Shown: positions 19,402 to 29,299, counted from the stretch's first letter. The stretch: DNA of 64,000 nucleotides from an uncultured Isosphaeraceae bacterium (GCA_964510225.1 CAZEAN010000007.1:4047-68046); one strand, 5' to 3'. Numbers and translations are program-made. The notes: generated by a model from the sequence alone, not told the origin.

Positions 19402-20642
19402 TGAGTCTCTCCCGTGTCTGGGTACTCGATCTCCCCACTTCCCTCAGCCAACGTGAGCCAGTCGTGATGCTGGTTGCGGCAGATTGCCGTGAGGTGTGTT
19501 GCAATCCTGGAGGCACCATCCTTCCGAAAGGGCGGTGGACCTGGCTCGATCTGGAAGGCTCTGTCGAGCATCCGTTCGATCCGGAGGCGATCGAAGGCTC
19601 GACGCGATGCCGGAACACCACCGCCCCAGGCATTCAAGGCCCAGGCGAGTACACTGTACTCGATGAATCCGGTCCGGGGCGGGTAGATCATCGGCGTCCC
19701 TGCGGACATCGCCTCGCAGACGGTGCCGTAGCCAGCCTTTGCAACAATCACATCAACTGAAGCGGAGAGGTCAGCACCATTCCAAGCGTCACCACTTACA
19801 AGGTGTAGATTGGAAGGTTTCACGATCGACTCAGGGGGGGCGTGGAAGCCAACAAAGTGAATCTTCTCAGTTTCAAGCTTGGCAATCCGTGACCATTCAT
19901 AGTTGTCTTGACCGTAGCGCCCAAGGTACATGTAGACCAATCGCTCCGAAGCTGAGAGTCCTAACTCCTTGCGCAACTCGGCTTGCCGAGGTTGCCCCGG
20001 GGTTACGACCATCCCGACGTCAATCAACGGTGCGATTCCATCCATTTCCATGTGCGGTGCAGCACGGAGAATGGCCGTGGCATGACGATACGCTTGACGG
20101 AGTTCACGGACAAATAACGGCCAACTTCCCCCAAGCTTTTTCGCGTGCGGATGGTAGATGTCAGCCCAAGTGAAGTTTGCGAGCAAGTATCCGGGGATCT
20201 CCGCCCGTTTTGCCGCAATTAGCGGGACCGGAGTCGAGTCGGCAAGCACCACTGCGACGTCAGAATCGCGGAGTTCGTCTGTGTACTCGTCGATGCGCTG
20301 CATCGCCTGAGCATGGACGTCCGCTGCACGGGCCAAACTTGCTGGGCCGTCTGTGTCTGCACTGTTACCCGGCGGATTGACTGCGCCAGCATCGGAATTG
20401 TGCGGAAGCAGTTCGGCGGGTCGGAGGAGTCGATCACGCCAGTGGTCGAAGAGGTCAGGAGCAGATCGGATGATCAGGGGAATTTCTGGTGGGATGAGAT
20501 TGAGGACGGCGATCGTGCGGTTAAGATGACCGAATCCATGGCTTGTAACATAAGCTGCTAGAGTCCTCCGCGTTGTTGACATCCTCCGCTCCTGAGAGAT
20601 TATGTGTCGTTTGGCCTCTGAGAATACAATCGACCTCCGCAA
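19398..20642 (-). CDS. GT-B fold glycosyltransferase-like protein (MJ1255/GT28-C-like)
   Basis: N-terminal 'YVTSHGFGHLNRTIAVLN' and C-terminal 'VIVAKAGYGTVCEAMSAGTPMI'. The likely start is the ATG at 20582 (MSTTRR). A 4-nt ATGA overlap joins it to the downstream dehydrogenase. Confidence 0.55.
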   Translation of the reverse strand: MRRSIVFSEAKRHIISQERRMSTTRRTLAAYVTSHGFGHLNRTIAVLNLIPPEIPLIIRSAPDLFDHWRDRLLRPAELLPHNSDAGAVNPPGNSADTDGPASLARAADVHAQAMQRIDEYTDELRDSDVAVVLADSTPVPLIAAKRAEIPGYLLANFTWADIYHPHAKKLGGSWPLFVRELRQAYRHATAILRAAPHMEMDGIAPLIDVGMVVTPGQPRQAELRKELGLSASERLVYMYLGRYGQDNYEWSRIAKLETEKIHFVGFHAPPESIVKPSNLHLVSGDAWNGADLSASVDVIVAKAGYGTVCEAMSAGTPMIYPPRTGFIEYSVLAWALNAWGGGVPASRRAFDRLRIERMLDRAFQIEPGPPPFRKDGASRIATHLTAICRNQHHDWLTLAEGSGEIEYPDTGETQ

Positions 20643-20766
20643 GTAGGCAAGTCACTGTTGTGCTCAGTCGGAACGCTTGCCCCCTGACTTCCTCTCGATT
20701 AGGTGTCAGAATGGGGCTCGGTCGGGCAACTCATTGCATTGAAATCAGCTTGAAAGAGGTCGAATC

Positions 20767-22227
20767 ATGATTCGATTGTTCACAATACTCATTGTCGCCA
20801 TCGGCGCTGTTGGCCCCGCTTGCGCCGAACGTTCGACACGACCGAATATCATGATCATCTTGGCAGATGATCTCGGTTCCGGTGATCTGGCTTGTTTGAA
20901 CCCCGAGTCCAAGATCGCTACACCGAACTTTGATCGACTGGCTTCGCAATCAATCCGATTCAACGACGCACACTCTCCCTCTTCCGTCTGTACCCCCACA
21001 CGCTATGCACTCTTGACGGGTCGCTACTCTTGGCGCTCGAGGCTGAAGCGTGGAGTCCTGGTCGGTGATAGCCGGGCATTGATCGAACCCGGTCGCTGGA
21101 CGATTGCCTCGATGCTCCAAGAGTTAAACTACGACACGATGGGAATCGGGAAATGGCATCTGGGCCTGACGGATACCCAGCCGACCAATTTTAAAGCGAC
21201 TTTACTACCAGGACCGCTTTCGGTCGGGTTTGACCACTACTTCGGAATTCCAGCATCGCTTGACATGACCCCCTATGTATACTTTAGAGACGACCGAGTT
21301 GTGGAGCTTCCGACCGATGAGATCGCTCGGAGTGCACATCGGAGACAGAATGGTGGAGGGTTCTGGCGCGGTGGTGCCATCGCGCCGGGATTTCGACACG
21401 ATGAAGTGCTGCCCAAGATCGAGGAAGAAGCGGTCTCATTCCTAGAATCTCGATCGAATAACGAGACTCCCTTTTTCCTGTATGTGCCACTCTCTGCTCC
21501 GCACACGCCTTGGCTACCGCTCGATGATTTTCGAGGAAAGAGTGGTGCGGGATATTACGGCGATTTTGTAATGCAAGTTGACGCGACACTCGGTGCAATT
21601 CTCGGAGCACTCGAAGAGTCAGGGAAAGCCGACAACACCCTCCTCATTGTGACCAGTGATAACGGTGCGCATTGGCCAGTGCCTGACATCGAGAAGTTTG
21701 GACACGCAGCGAATGCCTCCTGGCGTGGGCAAAAATCGGATATCCACGAGGGCGGTCACCGCATCCCGTTCTTCGTCCGTTGGCCTGGTGAAATTGAAGG
21801 AAACACGACCTGTGCGACAACAACTTGCTTTACTGACTTGATGGCTACAATTGCCTCGGTGGTTGGCCAGTCCTTACCAGACGACGCCGGTGAGGATAGC
21901 TTTGATCTCGCCCCCCTGCTCTTCAGCGAGGCTGACTCAATTGATCGCGCTCCAGTTATTCACCATTCAGGACAAGGGATGTTCGCGATCCGTGATGGCG
22001 ACTGGAAACTCATCGAAGGACTTGGTTCTGGTGGCTTTACCGCACCGCGACGGATTGACCCTGCGACACTTGGACCTGATGCTCCCCTCGGTCAACTGTA
22101 CAATCTCCGTGACGACCCCGCAGAAGAGCAAAACCTCTGGATCGATCGTCCCGAGGTCGTTGCCCGGCTCTCAGAGAAACTCGAGTCAATCAGAACTCAA
22201 GGACGGAGTCGACAGGCGGGTGAGTAA
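20767..22227 (+). CDS. Arylsulfatase (formylglycine-dependent sulfatase family), secreted
   Basis: Signal peptide, 'NIMIILADDLG', the sulfatase signature 'CTPTRYALLTGRY', and 'GKWHLG'. Confidence 0.9.
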   Translation: MIRLFTILIVAIGAVGPACAERSTRPNIMIILADDLGSGDLACLNPESKIATPNFDRLASQSIRFNDAHSPSSVCTPTRYALLTGRYSWRSRLKRGVLVGDSRALIEPGRWTIASMLQELNYDTMGIGKWHLGLTDTQPTNFKATLLPGPLSVGFDHYFGIPASLDMTPYVYFRDDRVVELPTDEIARSAHRRQNGGGFWRGGAIAPGFRHDEVLPKIEEEAVSFLESRSNNETPFFLYVPLSAPHTPWLPLDDFRGKSGAGYYGDFVMQVDATLGAILGALEESGKADNTLLIVTSDNGAHWPVPDIEKFGHAANASWRGQKSDIHEGGHRIPFFVRWPGEIEGNTTCATTTCFTDLMATIASVVGQSLPDDAGEDSFDLAPLLFSEADSIDRAPVIHHSGQGMFAIRDGDWKLIEGLGSGGFTAPRRIDPATLGPDAPLGQLYNLRDDPAEEQNLWIDRPEVVARLSEKLESIRTQGRSRQAGE

Positions 22228-22236
22228 GTGAGAAAC

Positions 22237-24099
22237 TCAATCTTCGATGGGTGTGTTGTCGATCCTGTTCGAGTCCCAACTCGGTGACTGACCTTCCTGC
22301 CATTTGATCAGTGTATCGACTGGCAGGTCGGTCGACTCTTCTTGTACCCCTGAGGGCCAAGTAATCGAGACGCTATCGACCCGTTGAATGAGACCAAGTC
22401 CAAGGTGGAGTCGTTTCGAAGACGATGAGGCATAACTGCCTCCTCCGACTATCGGATGCCGCCATGTCCTCCCTTGGGCTACAACTTCGATAACAGCACC
22501 GATGGCATCGCGATTGCCCCCTCCGCCTTGGAACTCGATGATGAGGCTGTGGTTGGATCCCGGATCCGTTTCGTTCCAGAGAATGAATGCGGGAGCATCG
22601 TGACAGACAACCACTGCGTCGAGGTCGCCATCACCATCCAGATCCCCCGCGGCGAGCCCTCGAGCTTGATGCAATCGTTGGAACGTACTCCCTAGCACTT
22701 CTGGGACTGCTTGGAATTGTCCCATGCCTTGGTTTGACCAAAGGCCGAGCGGGTTACCATACGGGTACCGAGCTGTAGGTTCACGTCGAAGATGGCCGTT
22801 GGCCGTTAGCAAGTCGAGGTCACCATCGAAGTCTAAATCGGCAAGTGTGCAGCCCCAGCCAGTAGTCGGAAGTGTCAGTGAACCAAGTCCACTTTGAGTC
22901 GTTAGATCGAAATATGTAAGGAGATCTTGTCCAGTGGAAATGCTCTTCCAAAGGGTGTCATGCTCATCCATAAGGTGAGTGATCAGTATGTCGAATTGCA
23001 GGTCGCCATCGACGTCGCCGATCGCAATTCCCATGTTTGCTTCAGGCGCACCTTGCCCATTGTACGCAATCCCCCGAGGCTCGGCTTCGTCCGTGAACTG
23101 TCCAGTACCATCGTTGATCCAGAGTGCATTGGGTTCGGCATCATTCGCGACCAGTAGATCGGTGTCGCCGTCACGATCAAAATCCGCTGCAAGGGTCCCC
23201 ATCCCTCGGGCATCATCGCCAAAACCAGCTTCCTGAGTTCGCTCTTGGAAAGTCCCATCATCAAGTTGTTCGAAGTAGACGTCAGGAACCCCTTGCCAAT
23301 CGGAGGGCAAGCCATAGTCTGGTTCGCCTTCTTCGTTCATGAAGAATGGCGCATCATCCGGATTGAAGGTGAAATAGTTGGCGACGTAGAGGTCAAGATC
23401 ACCATCGCCATCGGCATCGAAGAACGCGGCGCCAAGGCTCCAAAGGGAGGAGTTTACACCGGCTTCTACCGTCGCATCGACAAACAGTCCTTCGTCATTG
23501 CGCCAAAGTGTATTGGATCCATACCGTGTCACATAAATGTCGGGGTCACCGTCCGCGTCGAAATCGGCAATTTCAACCCCTTGTCCATAGCCTGCTGGTG
23601 TGATGCCAACGGACTCCGAGACGTCGGTAAAGTGCCGTTGGCCGTCGTTCCGAAGGAGTCGGTCACGACTCGGAGTTGAGTTCGGAGCATCACCCAGCCG
23701 TCCTCCCTGAGTGAAGAAGAGGTCGAGGTCACCATCTCCGTCATAATCGAGAATCCCGACGCCACCTCCGGTTGTCTCGACCGGCCAGGCCAGGCCGGTT
23801 CGACCACAGTCGTATACGAAGGGGAGTTCCGTCGTACTGAACTTGATGGCGATGGAATCTGTCGACGTCTTGCCAAACTCAGTCGGTAGCGCAGGGTCGA
23901 CGCTGCTTGACGTTGGTGGTCCTTTTGCTGGGCGGCTCGGCGCAGGATGATCACAGGCGAGCCCAAGACAGATCAAAACGGATGCAAACAAGCGGCTTCT
24001 GATCGAGCAGAGTTGATGACTGATTCGTTGACTCATCTTCGAGGCCAATTGGGTTGTGGACGCTTTGAGTGTAGTCCGCAACGGGACTGCCCTAGTCAT
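22237..24099 (-). CDS. CRTAC1-family protein (FG-GAP/VCBS repeats plus ASPIC/UnbV C-terminal domain)
   Basis: Repeated 'D.DGDGDLDL' calcium-binding loops occur at least six times. The C-terminal 'GGGSYASSSSKRLHLGLG' fits ASPIC/UnbV. Confidence 0.85.
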   Translation of the reverse strand: MTRAVPLRTTLKASTTQLASKMSQRISHQLCSIRSRLFASVLICLGLACDHPAPSRPAKGPPTSSSVDPALPTEFGKTSTDSIAIKFSTTELPFVYDCGRTGLAWPVETTGGGVGILDYDGDGDLDLFFTQGGRLGDAPNSTPSRDRLLRNDGQRHFTDVSESVGITPAGYGQGVEIADFDADGDPDIYVTRYGSNTLWRNDEGLFVDATVEAGVNSSLWSLGAAFFDADGDGDLDLYVANYFTFNPDDAPFFMNEEGEPDYGLPSDWQGVPDVYFEQLDDGTFQERTQEAGFGDDARGMGTLAADFDRDGDTDLLVANDAEPNALWINDGTGQFTDEAEPRGIAYNGQGAPEANMGIAIGDVDGDLQFDILITHLMDEHDTLWKSISTGQDLLTYFDLTTQSGLGSLTLPTTGWGCTLADLDFDGDLDLLTANGHLRREPTARYPYGNPLGLWSNQGMGQFQAVPEVLGSTFQRLHQARGLAAGDLDGDGDLDAVVVCHDAPAFILWNETDPGSNHSLIIEFQGGGGNRDAIGAVIEVVAQGRTWRHPIVGGGSYASSSSKRLHLGLGLIQRVDSVSITWPSGVQEESTDLPVDTLIKWQEGQSPSWDSNRIDNTPIED

Positions 24100-25149
24100 T
24101 TAGAAAGGAGTGCTGATGATCTCACCACCCGCACGCGTTGAGACCGCGCTCCAGAGGTTCGTTGCGATGGAGTCACGAATGAAGGTGACATGACCGTCGG
24201 CAAAGAGGAGGTTGACTCCGTCCGGGTGGAGACTTCGAGCGGTCTTCCAGCCAGGGTTATGAAAGGTAATACAGTCGATACTCACGTGGTTGGGAGGGAA
24301 GCGATGGTTGTACAGAGTGTTGAGATAATTACCGTCCCACCAGCCAGCGCCTTTATGAAGCAACCAACCCCGCTCAGCCGCTGCACATGATCCTGGATCA
24401 AGCGGACCCCGGTGAACTTGGGCAAAGATTCTTCTTGATTCAGAGGGAGCTGTCGCGGGTGGATCAAGTCGGTACGGTCCGGGGATTCCGAGTAACTGTT
24501 CGGAGGCAACGGCAGTATTGCTCGAACCATCTCTGAGGTCTCCGAGTGACCGCGGGGGACCCAAGACAAAAACACCGTTGGCACCGGTTGCCTCACCACC
24601 ATTCGAGCCATCTCCAGTACAAAAGCTATAATTCGTGGGACCCGAATTGGCTAAGGGCCGTTCTCCCGTATCGCTGGGACAGAGAAGGATTGCGAGCTGT
24701 GTCCCCATTGCGGTTGCATTGGGTGGGTAGTAGGGCCAGAACGGACCACTACCGAGTGGAGGTCGATGAGCGATCGGCCAATCAAAGTTGAATGAGGCGA
24801 ACAGATTGGACTGTTCCAAGAACGGTGCCATCTGAGCAAGGACTGACCAGCGGTACTGCGATCGTGAGGTCTCGGGCGGTGGTGCGAACTCGGGGACCAA
24901 GAACCCTACTGGGAATGAGCCGAGCGCATCATGATAGTTGTGCAGGCCGATGCCAATCTCTCTGACTTGATGACGACACTGTGTTCGTCGGGCAGCCTCA
25001 CGAGCTGCTTGGACTGACGGTAAGAGTAAGGCAACGAGAATTCCAATGATAGCGATTACGACTAACAGCTCGATCAAAGTAAATCCATTATTTGAGAGAA
25101 GACCGTTGCTCTTTGATGGAACGCTTGTTTGTAACGAGTTTGTCTTCAT
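24100..25149 (-). CDS. DUF1559 protein with prepilin-type N-terminal cleavage/methylation domain
   Basis: '[37 protein letters not shown]' plus C-terminal '[17 protein letters not shown]', the hallmark planctomycete DUF1559 layout. Confidence 0.9.
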   Translation of the reverse strand: MKTNSLQTSVPSKSNGLLSNNGFTLIELLVVIAIIGILVALLLPSVQAAREAARRTQCRHQVREIGIGLHNYHDALGSFPVGFLVPEFAPPPETSRSQYRWSVLAQMAPFLEQSNLFASFNFDWPIAHRPPLGSGPFWPYYPPNATAMGTQLAILLCPSDTGERPLANSGPTNYSFCTGDGSNGGEATGANGVFVLGPPRSLGDLRDGSSNTAVASEQLLGIPGPYRLDPPATAPSESRRIFAQVHRGPLDPGSCAAAERGWLLHKGAGWWDGNYLNTLYNHRFPPNHVSIDCITFHNPGWKTARSLHPDGVNLLFADGHVTFIRDSIATNLWSAVSTRAGGEIISTPF

Positions 25150-25396
25150 CGTTTTATATATCGAAGTAGTAGTCTAAGTGTTGTATGTTGTTACGAGTGT
25201 TAAGTTTGTTTGTTCTGATGTAAGAATTTGAGGTGCATTGATTCTGAACTGATTTGGATCGGGGTGATCTCCATACGTGGGGTGATGTTGGCGTTGGAGG
25301 GATCAGTGCTGTATCTTGTTGAGTGGTTGAAACTCGTGTTGAATGATTTCCCAAGAGTAATTCGTCGAGTCGATTGCGAACCGCTCGCTACTACCG
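25150..25396. promoter_or_regulatory. AT/GT-rich divergent intergenic region (promoters for the DUF1559 gene and the HYExAFE-bioB unit)
   Basis: It is noticeably less GC-rich than its surroundings and lies between divergent genes. It contains the direct repeat GGGGTGAT at 25261-25268 and 25279-25286. Confidence 0.4.
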
Positions 25397-25975
25397 ATGG
25401 CCAACCGTGCAAATCATTACGAGGCAGCGTTCGAGGCGTTTATCCGATCGCTCCGAGTTCCTTGCGTCGCGATCGACGAAGCCAAACGAGCACTCGTGGA
25501 TCATGAGAATGGTCTGAAGTCTCCCGATTTTCTACTCTACCCAACGTTTGGGTCAAATTTGGTCGTCGAAGTGAAAGGGAAACGAGCGAAAAATGGGATT
25601 GGTCGGCGACGATGGGAGAATTGGGTCACGATCGATGATCTCGACGGCCTCGTACGTTGGCAATCTCTCTTTGGTCCTTCGTTTCGATCCCTCCTTGTCT
25701 TTACTTATGGCGAACGTCCGGTCAGTATCAACTTACTTCCCAGCGATGGTGGCTTCCTCTTCAGAGGCCGGATTTATTGGTTCTGGGCGATCGAGTTGGA
25801 TGACTACGTGACCGAACTCCGCTCGCGAGGTCCCGCCTGGAGAGCCGTTGCGATGGCTCGTCGCGCGTTCCGTACTCGGGTCCGCCCACTGGTGGAATGG
25901 CTCTCAGTAACCACAGATCAACAATCACCTGATCCATCCTTGCAATCGACCACTTCAAAGGAAATTGTCCGATGA
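25397..25975 (+). CDS. HYExAFE-motif protein with a PD-(D/E)xK nuclease-like core
   Basis: The N-terminal 'NHYEAAFEAF' matches the H-Y-E-x-A-F-E motif that I recall naming a PGAP family. 'SPDFLLYP...LVVEVKGKR' resembles a restriction-endonuclease-fold D...ExK motif. Confidence 0.55.
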   Translation: MANRANHYEAAFEAFIRSLRVPCVAIDEAKRALVDHENGLKSPDFLLYPTFGSNLVVEVKGKRAKNGIGRRRWENWVTIDDLDGLVRWQSLFGPSFRSLLVFTYGERPVSINLLPSDGGFLFRGRIYWFWAIELDDYVTELRSRGPAWRAVAMARRAFRTRVRPLVEWLSVTTDQQSPDPSLQSTTSKEIVR

Positions 25976-26175
25976 CGCTTAATCACGAGACGCTCGTCCG
26001 GAGCATCCGTGTCGCTGTTCTTACGCTGTTGATGGTCGTCACTTCGACCGCAGAAGTGCTTGCCCAGGCATCGGGTGAGGGTGAGGGTGAAACAAACCCC
26101 GTCTTCGGTTACATTGCGGCCGGCTTCATCAGCGTAGGAATCATCTTTTTTATCGGGATGTCTTCCCGTCGATAA
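25972..26175 (+). CDS. 67-aa micro-membrane protein (signal peptide plus C-terminal TM anchor)
   Basis: An ATGA start/stop overlap joins it to the upstream gene. The layout is a signal-like 'VAVLTLLMVVTSTAEVLAQA', the acidic 'SGEGEGE', then the TM 'FGYIAAGFISVGIIFFIGM' and a terminal 'SSRR'. Confidence 0.4.
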   Translation: MTLNHETLVRSIRVAVLTLLMVVTSTAEVLAQASGEGEGETNPVFGYIAAGFISVGIIFFIGMSSRR

Positions 26176-26203
26176 TGTTATCGAGATTGCAGAGGACTGC
26201 GGA

Positions 26204-27223
26204 ATGACGACCCCAGCGACCGCTCAAGAAAGCCCCACGCAGACCGCCCAGATTCCCCTTCGGTGGACTCATGACGAAGTTGCGACGATCTACAGGATGC
26301 CTCTCCTTGAACTGGTCCTGCGCGCCGCCGAAGTTCATCGACGGACGCAGGAACTTGGCGGCGTGCAGGTATGCCGGTTGCTCTCGATCAAGACCGGTGG
26401 TTGTCCCGAGGATTGTGCATACTGCCCTCAAGCGGCACGCTATCAGACCAGCGTCGAAGCCGAGCCGTTGATGGACGTTGATGCTGTCCTTGAAGCTGCA
26501 AAGACAGCCAAGGCTGAAGGCGCGACCCGATTTTGTCTAGGTGCCGCCTGGCGCGAGGTGAAGGATGACCAGAGGTTCGAGCAAGTTCTGTCGATGATTA
26601 GGGAGATCAAACAGCTCGGTGGGCTTGAGGTCTGCTGTACCCTCGGGATGATTAGTGCCTCCCAGGCATCGCGACTCTCTGAGGCTGGGCTCGACGCCTA
26701 TAACCATAACCTCGACACGTCGGAGTCGTTTTATCAGGAGATCATCTCAACCCGATCGTTCGATGACCGCCTCCGGACCCTCGGTCATGTCCGCAACGCT
26801 GGAATCTCGGTCTGCTCAGGCGGCATCTTAGGGATGGGAGAATCGGACGAGGACCGGATCGAGCTTCTCCGGACACTCGCGAACCTTCCCGAACCTCCGG
26901 AATCGGTGCCAATCAATGCGCTGGTTCCTGTCGAAGGGACTCCGTTGGGTGAGCAGCCCAAGATCGATGTCTGGCCGATGATCCGAGCGATCGCCACTGC
27001 CCGGATCTTGATGCCAAACTCGATGGTTCGGCTCTCGGCAGGCCGACTTCAGCTTTCTGAGGCTGAGCAAGCCCTCTGTTTCCTTGCGGGTGCGAATTCG
27101 ATCTTCGCCGGTGAGAAACTGCTGACAACACCGAATCCGGAGGTCGGTTCAGATCGGTTGCTGTTCGAACGGCTCGGGTTACACCCGATCACGCCGGCAC
27201 CGAGGCCAACGGCCAACACATAA
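26204..27223 (+). CDS. bioB: Biotin synthase (radical SAM)
   Basis: 'IKTGGCPEDCAYCPQ' (CxxxCxxC), 'YNHNLDTS' and 'CSGGILGMGE'. Confidence 0.95.
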   Translation: MTTPATAQESPTQTAQIPLRWTHDEVATIYRMPLLELVLRAAEVHRRTQELGGVQVCRLLSIKTGGCPEDCAYCPQAARYQTSVEAEPLMDVDAVLEAAKTAKAEGATRFCLGAAWREVKDDQRFEQVLSMIREIKQLGGLEVCCTLGMISASQASRLSEAGLDAYNHNLDTSESFYQEIISTRSFDDRLRTLGHVRNAGISVCSGGILGMGESDEDRIELLRTLANLPEPPESVPINALVPVEGTPLGEQPKIDVWPMIRAIATARILMPNSMVRLSAGRLQLSEAEQALCFLAGANSIFAGEKLLTTPNPEVGSDRLLFERLGLHPITPAPRPTANT

Positions 27224-27269
27224 CACTCGACAGTACGTGACAGACGGCCTCGTTGTGTAGTTGTTGCGA

Positions 27270-28616
27270 TTACTTCGACCTCGGCAAGAGCTCGACGACT
27301 GCGGCTGTCATAGCACGGACCCCTGTCGGAATCGTCACAGGAGCGTCGGGGAAGAAGAGCGGAGAGTGGAGCGATGGGAGCGAAGCGCCACCGTTTTGAG
27401 CGGCCTCAAAACGGTCGCTGCCGACCGCACCGAGCCAGAACATGAAGGCAGGTATCTCGCCGTCGAGGCTGTAGAGCGAAAAATCCTCAGCACCCATCAC
27501 TGGCTCCACTACGCCCACGTTCTCAGAGCCGATCTCCGCGCTGATCGCTGGGATTACGCGTTCCACCAATGCAGGAGCATTGATGGTCGGCGGGACTGTC
27601 TCGCTTACCTCGACGGTTGGGACCGGTGCTTGATGTCCTTGAGCGAGCGCGAGAGCTCGTCGTTCGATACCGTCGATTAGCTGCTGCATCACCTCCGATT
27701 TGTACGATCTGAGCGTGAGTTGTAGCTTCACTTCGGGTGGGATGATATTGTGTTTCGAACCACCCTGAATCGAGCCGACGGTTACTACTGCCGGGTCTGT
27801 CGGTGCGACTTCCCTACTGACGATCGATTGAAGATCAAGGACTAACGTGGCAGCGAGGACCACCGGATCAACTGTTCGGTGCGGGTAGGCCCCGTGCCCA
27901 CCACGGCCACGAACTAGGACGTCGACACTAGAAACACTGGCGAGGGCCGGCCCTGGACAATAGCGGACCGTCCCCGCTTCGGCATCAGCAGCGACGTGGA
28001 GAGCTAAGGCAAAATCGGGCCGAGGGAATCGCTCGTAGAGTCCATCCTTGAGCATCGCCCGCGCACCACCGACACGTTCTTCCGCGGGTTGAGCGACGAA
28101 GACTATCGTCCCCTGCCAGGTGTCGCGATGTGACGCGAGCCAGCGTGCCGTACCCACTAGGCAGGTCATATGAATGTCGTGACCACAGGCATGCATTACA
28201 CCGACGGTCTCGCCTTCGTCGTTCGTTGTCCGGACTTCACTAGCAAACGAGAGGCCGGTTTCCTCCACCACTGGGAGTCCGTCGAGGTCGCAACGAACCA
28301 AGACCGTTGGCCCCTCACCATTTCGGATGACACCGACCACACCGGTCCCACCGACCTCAGATACCACTTCTTCGATACCTGCTTCTTCAAGCTCTTGCTT
28401 GATCCTGGCAGCAGTCTCTCGCTCTACGTAGGACAATTCCGGATTCTGATGGAGGTCTCGGTAGAGTTCGAGGAGATCCTCCGCTTGACCCCGAACCCAG
28501 TCTTCGTCCGCACCCGAATGAGGTGCGGCGGCGATTGGTGGAAGGATCAGAGAGGGACTGCAAGCGAGGCTCACTAAGGCGAAAGCGGTCCGAAGAATCA
28601 TCCTAAAGCCCTGCAT
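27270..28616 (-). CDS. M20D-family amidohydrolase (aminoacylase/hippurate hydrolase-like), secreted
   Basis: Signal peptide, 'MHACGHDIHM', 'VFVAQPAEE' and 'GRGGHGAYPH'. Confidence 0.85.
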   Translation of the reverse strand: MQGFRMILRTAFALVSLACSPSLILPPIAAAPHSGADEDWVRGQAEDLLELYRDLHQNPELSYVERETAARIKQELEEAGIEEVVSEVGGTGVVGVIRNGEGPTVLVRCDLDGLPVVEETGLSFASEVRTTNDEGETVGVMHACGHDIHMTCLVGTARWLASHRDTWQGTIVFVAQPAEERVGGARAMLKDGLYERFPRPDFALALHVAADAEAGTVRYCPGPALASVSSVDVLVRGRGGHGAYPHRTVDPVVLAATLVLDLQSIVSREVAPTDPAVVTVGSIQGGSKHNIIPPEVKLQLTLRSYKSEVMQQLIDGIERRALALAQGHQAPVPTVEVSETVPPTINAPALVERVIPAISAEIGSENVGVVEPVMGAEDFSLYSLDGEIPAFMFWLGAVGSDRFEAAQNGGASLPSLHSPLFFPDAPVTIPTGVRAMTAAVVELLPRSK

Positions 28617-28685
28617 CGATGTTTGTTGTTAATCTGAAAGCGGTTGATGTCGTAAGCAAGGTTATCTGCAATGATCAGGAAGCAA

Positions 28686-29006
28686 TTAACCCAACCCATG
28701 TTCTTTGTTGTAAGCCACAGCCTTTGCTTCTTCAGCCTCGGGGATCCGACCACAGCGTTGGTAAATCACCGAGAGCGCGGTGTAGCTGAAGGTGTCGTTG
28801 GGTTCGAGTTCGACAACCTTTTTAGCATGAAAAATGGCGTCGTCAGCCAGCGCCAGATCAGCGCAGAGTTTTGCGAGCATCCCATGAATCAATGCATCAT
28901 TCGGATCGATTTCTAACGCTTCCTTGAGCTTTGCAATTGCGTCTTCCTTAGAGCCCTGATCACGGAGTTCGATTGCCTGGTCATAGAGTTCGCTTGTCGT
29001 CGCCAT
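28686..29006 (-). CDS. Small TPR-repeat protein
   Basis: 106 aa with repeated 'A...Y..A......G....A...L..AL..DP' TPR patterns. Confidence 0.65.
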   Translation of the reverse strand: MATTSELYDQAIELRDQGSKEDAIAKLKEALEIDPNDALIHGMLAKLCADLALADDAIFHAKKVVELEPNDTFSYTALSVIYQRCGRIPEAEEAKAVAYNKEHGLG

Positions 29007-29299
29007 GAAGAGCCTCGTTGTCTAGGACTGAGTGTGGGGTCGGGACCTTCGATCGCTCTGATGGCATTGTATCGCTCTGAGACTCGTCCGTCATACCGTC
29101 TCGCAGCACGAGTAAGTTGGAACGAACCTCTGTGATGAGATCGATCCGTCGTCAGGAGCGGGTCCGCGATCAGACGAGTCGACTTCGTGACGCTTACTCC
29201 TGGAGTCGCTCGATCCACTTCATCCGTCAGCTAATTCCATCCGATTGGGTGGGGATTCGCGAATCGTAGTGCGACTTGATTTGGAGCAGCGAGGGAGGG

